Origin: Pristiophorus japonicus
Lineage: Eukaryota
DNA length: 64,000 bases
Assembly (NCBI RefSeq): GCF_044704955.1
Contig: NW_027252090.1
Location: forward strand, 186,001-250,000
Direction: 5' to 3'
The translations under genes and the position numbers were made by a program. Under the pieces are notes generated by a model. That model searched no databases. It was not told where the DNA came from and saw nothing but the letters and a program-made list of their open reading frames with translations. Of this stretch, positions 14,601-27,600 are shown in pieces. Numbering within the stretch: the stretch's first letter is position 1; every line of letters starts with the position of its first letter.

Positions 14601-16490
14601 TCGCTCTTTCTCTGTCTCTCTCAGTCTCTCTCTCTCTTTTTCTCTTTCACTCTCTATATATCTCTATGTCTCTATCTGTTTCTAGCTCTCTCTCTCACTC
14701 GCTCTNNNNNNNNNNNNNNNNNNNNNNNNNNNNNNNNNNNNNNNNNNNNNNNNNNNNNNNNNNNNNNNNNNNNNNNNNNNNNNNNNNNNNNNNNNNNNNN
14801 NNNNNNNNNNNNNNNNNNNNNNNNNNNNNNNNNNNNNNNNNNNNNNNNNNNNNNNNNNNNNNNNNNNNNNNNNNNNNNNNNNNNNNNNNNNNNNNNNNNN
14901 NNTCGCTCCCTGTCTTTCTCTGTCTAGCTCCCTCTCGCTCTCTCTCTCCCCGTCTCTGTTTCTCTCTCGTTCTATCTTTCCCTCTCTCTGCCTCCCTCTC
15001 CCTCTTGCTCTCTCTCTCTGTATCTCTCCCTGTCTTTATCTCTGTCGTTCCCTCTCTCTTTATCAATCTCTGTCTCTCTCTGACTATCTCGCAATCGCTC
15101 TCTTTCTGTCTCCCTGTGTTTCTATCTCTCTGTCTCAATTTCTGTGTTTCTCTCTCTCTGTATTTTTTCTCTCTATCTCTCTGTCTTTGTCTCTCATTCT
15201 NNNNNNNNNNNNNNNNNNNNNNNNNNNNNNNNNNNNNNNNNNNNNNNNNNNNNNNNNNNNNNNNNNNNNNNNNNNNNNNNNNNNNNNNNNNNNNNNNNNN
15301 NNNNNNNNNNNNNNNNNNNNNNNNNNNNNTCTGCCTGTCTCCCTCTCTCTTTCTCTCTCTCTCGCTCTCTGTCTCTCTCTCGCTCTATCTAGCTGTCTCT
15401 ATCTCTCTCTATCTGTCTATCTGTCTCGCTGNNNNNNNNNNNNNNNNNNNNNNNNNNNNNNNNNNNNNNNNNNNNNNNNNNNNNNNNNNNNNNNNNNNNN
15501 NNNNNNNNNNNNNNNNNNNNNNNNNNNNNNNNNNNNNNNNNNNNNNNNNNNNNNNNNNNNNNNNNNNNNNNNNNNNNNNNNNNNNNNNNNNNNNNNNNNN
15601 NNNNNNNNNNNNNNNNNNNNNNNNTATGTCTCTGAGTTTCTCACTCTGTCTCTCTCTCCTGTCTCTTTTCATTTCTTTCTCACTCTCTGTCCCTCCCTCT
15701 GTGCCCCCTCTCTCCTGATCTCTCTCTCACTAACTCTGTCTCTCTCTCTGTCTCTCTCTCTCTCTCCGTATCTCTCTGTACCACTCTCTCGCCCTATCTC
15801 TCTCTATCCCTCTCTAACTTTGACTGTCTCTCTCTCCCTCTCGCTGAAACTCTCTGCCATTCTCACACTGTCACGCTCGCTCTCTCTCTCTCTATCTCTC
15901 TCTATCTCTTTCACTCGCTCTGTCACTGTCTCTTTCTCTCTGTCTCTCTCTCTCTCTGTCTCTCTGTCTGTCTCTCTCTCACTCTCTCTCTCTTTCTTTC
16001 ACAGACTCTCTCTGTCTGTCTCAACCTCTCTCTCTTTGTCTCTCTCTGTCTCACTCTCTCACCCTATCTCTCTCTATCCCTCCCTCTCTCTCTGACTCTC
16101 TCTGACTCTCTCTGTCTCTCTCCATCTCCCTGTCTGTCTCTCACTCTCTTGTCACTNNNNNNNNNNNNNNNNNNNNNNNNNNNNNNNNNNNNNNNNNNNN
16201 NNNNNNNNNNNNNNNNNNNNNNNNNNNNNNNNNNNNNNNNNNNNNNNNNNNNNNNNNNNNNNNNNNNNNNNNNNNNNNNNNNNNNNNNNNNNNNNNNNNN
16301 NNNNNNNNNNNNNNNNNNNNNNNNNNNNNNNNNNNNNNNNNTCTCTCTCTCTGTCATTCTCTCCCTGTCTCTGTTTCTCTCTGTCTGTATGTTTATCTCT
16401 TTCTCTGTATATCTCTCCCTCTCTTTCTCTGTCTGTATGTCAATCTCTTTATCTGTATATCTCTCCCTCTCTCTCTCTCTGTCTCTCTGA
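14601..16490. repeat. (CT)-rich low-complexity tract with N runs
   Basis: CT/CTGT microsatellite-like sequence; overlapping ORFs are Ser/Leu or Glu/Arg low-complexity artefacts. Confidence 0.95.
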
Positions 16491-16637
16491 AGCTCTCCCA
16501 GAACCACAGTGACAATGCACACACCGATCTTTAGTCATCCATTTTACATTTGTTAATGGTCGCCATTTGATGTTAACACTGGGAGATTGATTACAGAGAC
16601 CGACTACTTTCGAATTTAACGTTAGCTGCTTAAAGGT

Positions 16638-18240
16638 GTACCTGCCCTGGGAGTGTTTGATGGGACAGTGTAGAGGGAGATTTACTCTGTATCTAACCCC
16701 CTGTACCTGCCCTGGGAGTGTTTCATGGGACAGTGCAGAGGGAGCTTTACTCTGTATCTAACCCCCTGTACCTGCCCTGGGAGTGTTTGATGGGACAGTG
16801 TAGAGGGAGCTTTACTCTGTATCTAACACCCTGTAACTGCCCTGGGAGTGTTTGATGGGACAGTGTAGAGGGAGCTTTACTCTGTATCTTACCCCCTGAA
16901 CCAGCCCTGGGAGTGTTTGATGGGACAGTGTAGAGGAAGCTTTACTCTGTATCTAACCCCCTGTACCTGCCCTGGGAGTGTTTGATGGGACAGTGTAGAG
17001 AGAGCTTTATTCTGTATCTAACTCCCTGTACCTGCCCTGGGAGTGTTTGATGGGACAGTGTAGAGGGAGCTTTACTCTGTATCTAACCCCCGGTACCTGC
17101 CCTGGGAGTGTTTGATGGGACAGTTTAGAGGGAGATTCACTCTGTATCTAACCCCCTGTACCTGCCCTGGGAGTGTTTGATGGGACAGTGTAGAGAGAGC
17201 TTTATTCTGTATCTAACTCCCTGTACCTGCCCTGGGAGTGTTTGATGGGACAGTGTAGAGGGAGGTTTATTTTGTATCTAACATGTGTTGTACCTGTCCT
17301 GGGAGAGTTTGATGGGACAGTGTAGAGGGAGCTTTACACTGTATCTAACCCCATGTATCTGCCCTGGGAGTGTTTGATAGGACAGTGTAGAGGGAGCTTT
17401 ACTCTGTATCTAACCCCATGTACCTGCACTGGGAGTATTTGATGGAACAGTGTAGAGGGAGTTTTACCCTGTATCAAACCCCCTGTACCAGCCCTGGGAG
17501 TGTCTGATGGGACAGTGTAGAGGGAACTTAATCTGTATCTCACCCCGTGTACCTGCCCTGGGAGTGTTTGATGGGACAGTGTAGCGGGAGCTTTACTCTG
17601 TATCTAACCCCCTGTACCTGCCCTGGGAGTGTTTGATGGGACAGTGCAGAGGGAGCTTTACTCTGTATCTAACCCCGTGCTGCACCTGCCCTGGGAGTGT
17701 TTGATGGGACAGTGTAGAGGGACCTTTACTCTGTATCTAACCCCCTGTACCTGACCTGGGAGTGTTTGATGGGACAGTGTAGAGCGAGCTTTACTCTGTA
17801 TCTAACACCCTGTACCTGACCTGGGATTGTTTGATGGGACAGTGTAAAGGGAGCTTTACTCTGTATGTAACCCCCTGAACCTGCCCTGGGAGTGTTTGAT
17901 GGGACAGTGCAGAGGGAGCTTTACTCTGTATCTAAACCCGTGCTGTACCTGCCCTGGGAGTGTTTGCTGGGACAGTGTAGAGGGAGCTTTACTCTGTATC
18001 TAACCCCCTGTACCTGCCCTGGGAGTGTTTGATGGGACAGTGTAGAGGGAGCTTTACTCTGTATCGAACCACCTGTACCTGTCCTGGGAGTGTTTGATGG
18101 GACAGTGTAGAGGGAGCTTTACTCTGTATCTAACCCCCTGTACCTGCCCTGGGAGTGTTTGATGGGACAGTGTAGAGGGAGCTTTATTCTGTATCTAACC
18201 CCCTGTACCTGCCCTGGGAGTGTTTGATGGGACAGTGTAG
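16638..18240 (+). repeat. 65-bp minisatellite array (~25 units; some 68-bp variants)
   Basis: Unit GTACCTGCCCTGGGAGTGTTTGATGGGACAGTGTAGAGGGAGCTTTACTCTGTATCTAACCCCCT; first two starts at 16638 and 16703. Confidence 0.97.
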
Positions 18241-19844
18241 AGAGCGAGAGTGAGAGAGGAACAGAAAGAGAGAGAGACTGACAGAGAGACAGGGAGACTG
18301 AAAGATAGAGCGAGAGAGAGGGACTCTGTATCTAGCCCCCTGTACCTGCCTGGGGAGGTTTGATGGGACTGTGTGGTGGGAGATTAAATGCCCAACTCTC
18401 TCTGTCCCTCTCAGTTTCTCTCTATCAGTTTCTCTCTCTCTGTCTGTTCCTCTCTCTCTCTCGCTGTCTCTTTCAGGGTCACTGTCTCCCTCCCTCTTTG
18501 TATCTCTGTCCCTTTCTCTCTCTCGCTCTCTCTTTCAGTCTCACTGTGTCTCTCCCTCTCTGTCCCTTTCTCTCTCTCGCTCTCTGTCTGTCTCTCTGTC
18601 TCCCTCTCTCCGTCTTGCTCCCTCACTCTCTCCCTCGCTCCCAATTTCTATCCATCTATCTCTCTTTCACTTTTTCCTCTGTCTCTGCTGCTGTCCATTT
18701 CTGATCTCTCTATTTCTTTCCCTTTTCTCCCAACGCGCTCTCTCTATCCCTAATTCTCTCACTGCTTCTTCCTGTACACCTCTCTTTCTCTCTCTCCCTG
18801 TCTCTCATTCCCATTTTGATGTGTCCTTGATTGAAAAGTACCCTGACATATTGCAGCCTGACTGTTTAAACCCACAGCAAAAATCACATTTCTGGGACAT
18901 TTATGATTTGCTAACCATCCAATTGTGGCTTGGAATGTGTGGGTTAAATCTCGTTTCTCCATCTGAAAACTGTGAGTGTTTCAGATTGAGCAGTATATGG
19001 GATCAAAGGCTGATTCAGACAATGCTGTATTGTGGAACGGTGTGATATCTTCGCAGGGCAGGACATGGGGAACCAAGATTTATTGGTTTGAATAAGGTGT
19101 AAATTCGATTGTGTCACCCCCTCACAGATACACAGGATTGAAGCTGTTTACCATCAATGCCCTGAAAGAATGAAATGGTTCAACAAGGTGTGACTGACTT
19201 CAAACTCTTCAAACACATGATGACCCGTAGACTGGGACCAATACACAAAGCCCCGAGCCCAGGCAGGCAAACCAGATTTGTTCACAGATCCCATTTTGGT
19301 TTAGATTTCAAAAATATACTTTATTCCTCGAAAATGTTCACAATACATTGGAAAATAGTTCAGTAAATTGCGTTCAGCAATTCCATACAATTCATTTGGA
19401 TGCTGACAGCATTTCCATACAATATACGAGCGTACATTTAATTTCAAGGTGGAGTTTAGTCCAATCTGTAAATGCTGTTCCATGTAGCACTGTGTAAATT
19501 AGGGTATTACATGGAGCAGGTAAGGACAGGTTTACATTACATTCCAGGATACATTTCAATCCCAATCACCAATCACGTTACAGGTAGCACTGTGTCGATG
19601 GAAGCAGGACACGCAACGGATGAGAATACATTGAGATGTCTTTACAATTTACTAAACAGTGCAGAAACTGACATTATACATGACACAACACAGGTGTGTT
19701 TCAGTACATTGGGCTCGATGTATACAAGCAGATTAACAAGTACAGGCCGAGGGAGGTCTGATTCCATCCCCTGGCGATGTGACATTCTGTCAAACGTGTT
19801 CGACATTCTGCTCAGGGAACAGTCTGTTAGATAATCTCACTCTG

Positions 19845-20465
19845 CACTGTCCCATCAAACACTCCCAGGGCAGGTACAGGGGGTTAGATACAGAGTAAAG
19901 CTCCCTCTACACTGTCCCATCAAACACTCCCAGGGCAGGTACAGGGGGTTAGATACAGAGTAAAGCTCCCTCTACATTGTCCCATCAAACACTCCCAGGT
20001 CAGGTACAGGGGGTTAGATACAGAGTAAAGCTCCCTCTACACTGTCCTATCAAATACTCCCAGGGCAGGTACAGGGGGTTAGATACGGAGTAAAGCTCCC
20101 TCTACACTGTCCCATCAAACACTCCCAGGGCAGGTACAGCATTGGGTTAGATAAAGAGTAAAGCTCCCTCTACACTGTCCCATCAAACACTCCCAGGGCA
20201 GGTACAGGGGGGTACATACAGAGTAAAGCTCCCTTTACACTGTCCCATCAAACACTCCCAGGTCAGGTACAGGGGGTTAGATACAGAGTAAAGCTCCCTC
20301 TACACTGTCCCATGAAACACTCCCAGGTCAGGTACAGGGGGTTAGATACAGAGTAAAGCTCCCTCTTCACTGTCCCATCAAACACTCCCAGGGCAGGTAC
20401 AGGGGGTTAGATACAGAGTAAAGCTCCCTCTACACTGTCCCATCAAACACTCCCAGGGCAGGTAC
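19845..20465 (-). repeat. 65-bp minisatellite array in inverted orientation (~9-10 units)
   Basis: Reverse complement of the same unit (ACTGTCCCATCAAACACTCCCAGGGCAGGTACAGGGGGTTAGATACAGAGTAAAGCTCCCTCTAC). Confidence 0.97.
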
Positions 20466-20610
20466 ACCTTTAAGCAGCTAACGTTAAAATAGAGAGTAGT
20501 CGGTCTCTGTTATCAATCTCCCAGTGTTAACATAAAATGGTGACCATTAACAAATGTAAAATGGATGTGAAGATCGGTGTGTGCATTGTCACTGTGGTAC
20601 TGGGAGAGCT

Positions 20611-23425
20611 TCAGAAAGACAAAGAGACAGAGAGGGAGAGATATACAGAGAAAGAGACAGACATACAGATAGAGAGACAGAGAGGGAGAGACACAGAGAC
20701 AGGGAGAGAGAGACAGAAAGGGAGAGTGAGAGAGAGAGATAGCAAGTGGGAGAGGGACAGAGAGTGCGACAGACATACAGACAGAGAGAGACAGACAGGG
20801 AGANNNNNNNNNNNNNNNNNNNNNNNNNNNNNNNNNNNNNNNNNNNNNNNNNNNNNNNNNNNNNNNNNNNNNNNNNNNNNNNNNNNNNNNNNNNNNNNNN
20901 NNNNNNNNNNNNNNNNNNNNNNNNNNNNNNNNNNNNNNACAGCGAGAGTCAAAGAGAGAGAGGGAGAGACAGACAGGGAGAGACAGAGAAAGAGACATAG
21001 AGAGAGAGAGACCGAGAGAGACTGAGAGACATAGAGAGAGAGACAGAGAGAGAGAGACTGAGAGAGAGAGACAGACAGAGAGACAGAGAGAGAGAGACAG
21101 CGACAGGGAGAACGAGACAGAGAGACAGAGCGAGTGAACGAGACGGAGAGAGAGAGAGAGACAGAGTGAAATTGACAGAGTGAGAGTGGCAGAGAGTGTC
21201 AGAGAGAGGGAGAGACAGTCAAAGAGAGAGAGGGATGGGGAAAGATATGGCGAAAGAGTNNNNNNNNNNNNNNNNNNNNNNNNNNNNNNNNNNNNNNNNN
21301 NNNNNNNNNNNNNNNNNNNNNNNNNNNNNNNNNNNNNNNNNNNNNNNNNNNNNNNNNNNNNNNNNNNNNNNNNNNNNNNNNNNNNNNNNNNNNNNNNNNN
21401 NNNNNNNNNNNNNTAGACAGGGAGAGAGAGAGAGTGGGACAGAGTCAGCGAAAGAAAGAGAGAGAGAGCGAGACAGAGAGTCAGACAGAGAGAGAGAGAT
21501 ATAGAAAGAGTCAGAGAGTTAACGAGAGACAGAGATAGTCAATGGATTGACAGACAGGGAGAGACAGAGAAAGAGACATAGAGAGAGAGACACGGAGAGA
21601 CATAGAGGCAGAGACACAGAGAGAGAGACTGAGAGAGAGACACAGAGAGAGAGACACAGAGAGAGAGAGAGACAGAGAGACAGAGAGAGAGAGCGACAGG
21701 GAGAACGAGACAGAAAGACAGAGCGAGTGAACGAGACAGAGAGAGAGAGACAGAGAGAGTGAGTGTGACAGAGAGAGAGTGGCAGAGAGTGTCAGAGAGA
21801 GGGAGAGACAGTCAAAGAGAGAGAGGGATAGAGAGAGATAGGGAGAAAGAGAGTGATACAGAGAAATACAGAGAGAGAGAGAGAGACAGAGAGAGATAAT
21901 GTTAGTGAGAGAGAGATAAAGAGAGAGAGGGGCATAGAGGGAAGTACAGAGAGAGAGAAAGAGATGAAAAGAGACAGGAGAGAGACACAGAGAGACAGAG
22001 AGAGAAACTCAGAGACACAGAGAGANNNNNNNNNNNNNNNNNNNNNNNNNNNNNNNNNNNNNNNNNNNNNNNNNNNNNNNNNNNNNNNNNNNNNNNNNNN
22101 NNNNNNNNNNNNNNNNNNNNNNNNNNNNNNNNNNNNNNNNNNNNNNNNNNNNNNNNNNNNNNNNNNNNNNNNNNNNNNNNNNNNNNNNNNNNNNNNNNNN
22201 NNNNNNNNNNNNNNNNNNNNNNNNNNNNNNNNNNNNNNNNNNNNNNNNNNNNNNNNNNNNNNNNNNNNNNNNNNNNNNNNNNNNNNNNNNNNNNNNGNNN
22301 NNNNNNNNNNNNNNNNNNNNNNNNNNNNNNNNNNNNNNNNNNNNNNNNNNNNNNNNNNNNNNNNNNNNNNNNNNNNNNNNNNNNNNNNNNNNNNNNNNNN
22401 NNNNNNNNNNNNNNNNNNNNNNNNNNNNNNNNTACAGAGAGAGAGACACACAGAAATAAAGACAGAGAGAGAGAGACAGAGAGAGTGAGTGTGACAGAGA
22501 GAGAGTGGCAGAGAGTGTCAGAGAGAGGGAGAGACAGTCAAAGAGAGAGAGGGATAGAGAGAGATAGGGAGAAAGAGAGTGATACAGAGAAATACAGAGA
22601 GAGAGAGAGAGACAGAGAGAGATAATGTTAGTGAGAGAGAGATAAAGAGAGAGAGGGGCATAGAGGGAAGTACAGAGAGAGAGAAAGAGATGAAAAGAGA
22701 CAGGAGAGAGACACAGAGAGACAGAGAGAGAAACTCAGAGACACAGAGAGANNNNNNNNNNNNNNNNNNNNNNNNNNNNNNNNNNNNNNNNNNNNNNNNN
22801 NNNNNNNNNNNNNNNNNNNNNNNNNNNNNNNNNNNNNNNNNNNNNNNNNNNNNNNNNNNNNNNNNNNNNNNNNNNNNNNNNNNNNNNNNNNNNNNNNNNN
22901 NNNNNNNNNNNNNNNNNNNNNNNNNNNNNNNNNNNNNNNNNNNNNNNNNNNNNNNNNNNNNNNNNNNNNNNNNNNNNNNNNNNNNNNNNNNNNNNNNNNN
23001 NNNNNNNNNNNNNNNNNNNNNNGNNNNNNNNNNNNNNNNNNNNNNNNNNNNNNNNNNNNNNNNNNNNNNNNNNNNNNNNNNNNNNNNNNNNNNNNNNNNN
23101 NNNNNNNNNNNNNNNNNNNNNNNNNNNNNNNNNNNNNNNNNNNNNNNNNNNNNNNNNNTACAGAGAGAGAGACACACAGAAATAAAGACAGAGAGAGAAA
23201 CACAGAGTGACAGAGAAAGATAGTCAGAGAGAGACAGAGATTGATAGAGAGAGAGGGAAAGACAGAGATAAAGACAGGGAGAGATACAGAGAGAGAGAGA
23301 GACAGAGACAGAGGGAGAGGGAGACAGAGAGAAAGGGAAAGATAGAACGAGAGAGAAACAAAGACGGAGAGAGAGAGCGACAGGGAGAAAGACAGAGAAA
23401 GACAGAGAGAGAGCGAGAGAGCGAG
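20611..23425. repeat. (GA)-rich low-complexity tract; inverted counterpart of 14900-16490; includes a 726-bp tandem duplication
   Basis: GA/GACA tract; identical ORF translations at 21792/22518 and 21853/22579 are offset by 726 bp. Confidence 0.93.
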
Positions 23426-24122
23426 ACCTGGGAGGCATGGTGCATTTGTCATTGAAAGTTGGCAAGTGGTGAACAAGACAAATGGCATGTTCGTCTTCAT
23501 ATCTCGGGCATTTGAGTATTGGCGCAGGGAGGTATTACTGCAGTTGTACAGGGCCTTGGTGAGACATCACCTGGATTATTATGATCAGTTTTGTTGTCCT
23601 AATCTGAGGAAGGACGATCTTGCAATTGAGAGAGTGCAGCGAAGGTTCACCAGACTGATTCCCGGGATGCCATGGCTGGCCAATGAAAAGAGATTGGATC
23701 CACTGAGCCTGCATTCACTGGAGTTTAAATGAATGAGATGGAACCTCTTAGAAACATATACAATTCTGACGGGACTGGACAGTTTAGATGCTAAAAGAAT
23801 GTTTCCGATGTTGGGGAAGTCCAAAACTACTGGTCAGTCTAAGGATAATGCGTAAGCCATTTAGGACCGAGACGAGGAGAGTCCTTTTCACTCAGAGAGT
23901 TGTGAACCTGTGGAATTCACTACCACAGAGAGTTGTTGATGCCAATTCGTTAAATATATTCAAAATATGGCCCTTACAGATGGATCAATGGGTATGGAGA
24001 TAAAACAGGAACGGGGTACTGAGGTGAATGACCAGCCATGATCTGATTGAATGGTGGTGCAGTCTCGGAAGCCTGGATGGCTTACTCCTGCACCTATGTT
24101 CCATGTTTCTATGTTTCTATAT
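23425..24122 (+). mobile_element. CR1 LINE, 5'-truncated 3' fragment
   Basis: ORF2 C-terminal motifs (EVLLQLYRALVR, QRRFTRLIPG, FTQRVVNLWNSLP) and an (ATGTTTCT)n tail. Confidence 0.93.
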
Positions 24123-24311
24123 TTCGTGGGACTGCCTATGATGCTGGTGGTGATTCACCCGGACTGCCGACCCCTCATAGGGCGCCCGTTGTAGACAGTG
24201 TGTGAGTGAGAGTGTTATTATTCACGCGAATCACTGGTCACGCCGGGGAGAGCAGCTCGCTCACAATATCAGGACACAGGGAGGCTGATGCAGGAACGTT
24301 TCTGCGTCTTC

Positions 24312-25185
24312 TCATCTTTTAATTAATTTCAGAATCAGTGTGAAGGGATATTTCCCTACATTCTTCAACTGCTGTCTGAACTTAGTCTGGGTCACGGCAT
24401 AAATTGCCATGTTTGTGCAGAAACTCAGCAGCTGCAGCATGAATCCAATGTCCATTACATAAAAAGGTATATATACAGAATCATACCCCAAATAGTACAT
24501 CTGGATCCATATAGAATGCACCATAAACACCGCCCACAACAGGATGAAATTGCCGGAGATAACAAACAGTAAAATGATGGAATTCCTGCGGCTGGCCATC
24601 TCAGGGTCACTGGGACACTCCCCACTGCTGGCACCCAGGAGTTGCCTGCGGGCTCTGCTGGCCAATATAATATGTCTGGCGGTGACAGTATTGAGCAGCA
24701 GAATCAGAGCAAATGGGACACATGGGGTAAGAATATAATGAAGGAATGTGATTGCTGTCCAGACCGGTGAATACAGAACATCATACGTTGTATAGCAAAA
24801 CCAGGGTATGTTTGAAAGCGTATAGAAATTTGTCAACATAAAATACCAGAAAATGTTCTTCAACCCGCTCAGTAAAGTCACGGTTCCCAGAACCACAGCC
24901 GCCGTTCTCTTGGTGCAATATTTAGTTTTCAGATTCTGGCAACAAATGGCCACAAAGCGATCAAAGGTGAAACTGACAGTGAACCAGACAGAACAGTCTG
25001 TGGCTGCGTGAAGTAAGACGGCGTGAATATTACACACGTGGAAGGACCGCACGAAATGTAACTCAGTATCAGGTCGAGGATAATGACCAGGACATCCGTC
25101 ACTGCCATGGCCACCAGATAGCGAGTGACACATCTGGAGAGACCGCACTTTCCACGAGGCAAGATCACAATCGTCAGGATGTTAA
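24312..25185 (-). pseudogene. GPR139/GPR142-like class A GPCR, exon 2 (end of TM1 to TM7), frameshifted near 25061
   Basis: Acceptor ...TGACAG|TTAAC at 25186/25185. First frame VNILTIVILPRGKCGLSRCVTRYLVAMAVTDVLVIILDLIL, then a frame switch to VCNIHAVLLHAATDCSVWFTVSFTFDRFVAIC (DRF motif)...CTNMAIYAVTQTKFR (NPxxY-like)...stop at 24312. Confidence 0.9.
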
Positions 25186-25361
25186 CTGTCAGGCAGGGAA
25201 ATAAAGAGTTAAATTAAACATTAATTTGGGAGCAAGGAATAGACTCCAAACTAAAATAATTAGCAATCATTGACAAGGTAATCACCAACTAAATACATTT
25301 ATCTGCATTAAATCAGACGACACATCCCTCAGTCAATGAACCGCCAAATGCTGATGTAACA

Positions 25362-25700
25362 TCATCATCATAGGCAGCCCCTCGAAATCGAGAAAGACTT
25401 GCTTCCAAGCTAAAAGTGAGTTATCAGGTGACTGAACAGTCCAATATGGTAATAACAGTCTCTGTCACAGGCGGGACAGAGAGTGGTTGAAGAAAAGGGT
25501 GGGTGGGGAGTCTGGTTTGCCGCACGCTCATTCCGCAGCCCTCGCTTGGTTTCTACATGTTCTCGGCGACGACTCGAGGTGATCAGCGCCCTTCCGCATG
25601 CACTTTCTCCACTTCGGGTGGTCTTTGGCTAGGAACTACCATGTGTCGGTGGGGATGTTACATTTTAATATGGAGGCTTTGAGGGTGTCCTTGAAACGAA
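25362..25700 (-). mobile_element. RTE-clade LINE 3' fragment
   Basis: (CAT)n tail plus AGGCAGCCCCTCG; homologous to other RTE copies in the window. Confidence 0.8.
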
Positions 25701-25903
25701 TATTTAAAGTATTTGAACACAAATGGAAGAGATTAATTGCTGCGGTTTTTCACTTGTTGGTTTCCACTTGTGCAGAGAATATTAGACGAGAAAATATGAA
25801 AGTTTGTTCATATTCTAAGTACATAAGTTACAATCAGCTGGGGGTGTTTATCATGAAATACAACGATTTTTGATTTAAATTATATATGAATTGCTCCCTC
25901 ATT

Positions 25904-27240
25904 ATAGAAACATAGAAAATATAGAAAATAGTTGCAGGAGCAGGCCATTCGGCCCTTAAAGCCTGAACCGCCATTCAATGAATTCATGGTTGAACAAGCA
26001 ACTTCAGTACCACTTTCCTGCTTTCTCGCCATACCCCTTGATCCCCCTGTTAGTAAGGTCTATATTTAACTCCTTTTTGGATATATTTAGTAAATTGGCC
26101 TCAACAACTTTCTGTGGTAGAGAATTCCACAGGTTCACCACTCTCTGGGTGAAGAGGTTTCTCCTCATCTCAGTCCTAAATGGCTTACCCCTTATCGTTA
26201 GACTGTGACCCCTGGTTCTGGACTTTCCCAACATTGGGAACATTCTTGCTGCATCTAACCTGTCTAAACCCGTCAGAATTTTAAACATTTCTATGAGATC
26301 CCCTCTCTTTCTTCTGACTCCATTGAATACAAGCCCTGTTGATCCAGTCTTTCTTGATATGTCAGTCCCGCCATCCCGGGAATCAGTCTAGTGAACCTTT
26401 GCTGCACTCCCTCAATAGCAGGAATGTCCTTCCTCAAGTTAGGAGACCAAAACTGTACACAATACTCGAGGTGTGGCCTCACCAAGGCCCTGTACAATTG
26501 TAGCAATACCTCCCTGCCCCTTTCCTCAAATCTCCTTGCAATGAAGGCCAACATGCCATTTGCTTCCTTAACCGCCTGCTGTTCCTGCATGCCAACCTTC
26601 AATGACTGATGTACCATGACACCCAGGCCTCGTTGCACCTCCCCTTTTCCTAATCTGTCACCATTCAGATAATAGTCTGTCTCTCTGTTTTTATCACCAA
26701 AGTGGATAACCTCACATTTATCCACATTATACTTCATCTGCCATGCATTTGCCCGCTCACCTAACCTATCCAAGTCACTCTGCAGCCTCATAGCATCCTC
26801 CTCGCAGTTCACACGGCCACCGAACTTAGTGTCATCCGCAAATTTGGAGATACTACATTTAATCCCCTCGTCTAAATCATTAATGTACAGTGTAAACAGC
26901 TGGGACGACAGCACAGATCCACTAGTCGCTGCCTGCCATTCTGAAAAGTAGCCATTTACTCCTACTCTTTGCTTCCTGTCTGACAACCAGTTCTCAATCC
27001 ATGTCAGCACACTACCCCCAATCCGATGTGCTTTAACTTTGCACATTAATCTCTTGAGCGGGACCTTGTCGAAAGCCTTCTGAAAGTCCAAATATAGCAC
27101 ATCAACTGGTTCTCCCTTGTCCACTATACTGGAAACAACCTCAAAAAATTCCAAAAGATTTGTCAACCATGATTTCCCTTTCACAAATCCATGCTGACTT
27201 GGACCTATCATGGCACCTCATTCCAAATGCGCTGCGATGA
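25904..27240 (-). mobile_element. CR1 LINE, 5'-truncated, with RT domain and 3' end
   Basis: QHGFVKGKS, YLDFQKAFDKV, FADDTK, RPHLEYCVQFWSP; (AGAAACAT)-type tail at 25904. Confidence 0.96.
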
Positions 27241-27249
27241 CATATATGT

Positions 27250-27600
27250 GCAATAAAACCGATAACTCTAATCAAATTACACTTTTACCATTGAAGAATC
27301 AAATTAAATATGTTTGCCGGTGTTGTTGATGCACTTCAGTCCCTCGGGCACCCACCTCTCATGGAAGGCCGAGTACGTTCCGGTCGACACCGCGTGCTCC
27401 ATCTCCAGGGAAACCTTGGTTTGAACGTTTCCGCGGAAGAGAGGGAGGCAGCCGGGCTGAACGATCCTCTCGACCGTCCGCTGCCTGGACCAGCTGATGG
27501 TCCACTTGGCCATGTCCCGGAGCAGTCCGACGACGAGGATTCTAACCTCCCGCTCCGCTCCGTACGAGGGGCCCAAAGATCAGGAGTGTACAGCCGGAGG
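27250..27600 (-). mobile_element. Tx1/L1-clade LINE 3' fragment (same family as 40305-41239)
   Basis: VSLEMEHAVSTGT..FHERWVPEG matches the C-terminus of the 40523-41374 ORF. Confidence 0.8.

Noticed and set aside
19472-19834. 120-aa ORF as a gene
   Set aside because: No recognisable domain or supporting exon structure
21740-23191. 726-bp tandem duplication as a biological feature
   Set aside because: The copies are identical, including the N pattern with a lone G at 22297/23023, and lie in low-complexity DNA; cannot be separated from an assembly or masking artefact
14666-23500. Long Ser/Leu and Glu/Arg ORFs
   Set aside because: Translations of CT/GA microsatellite and N runs
24312-25148. 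278-aa ORF as a complete single-exon GPCR
   Set aside because: Its N-terminal ~28 residues are out-of-frame sequence; the true TM1-TM2 lies in another frame and in exon 1
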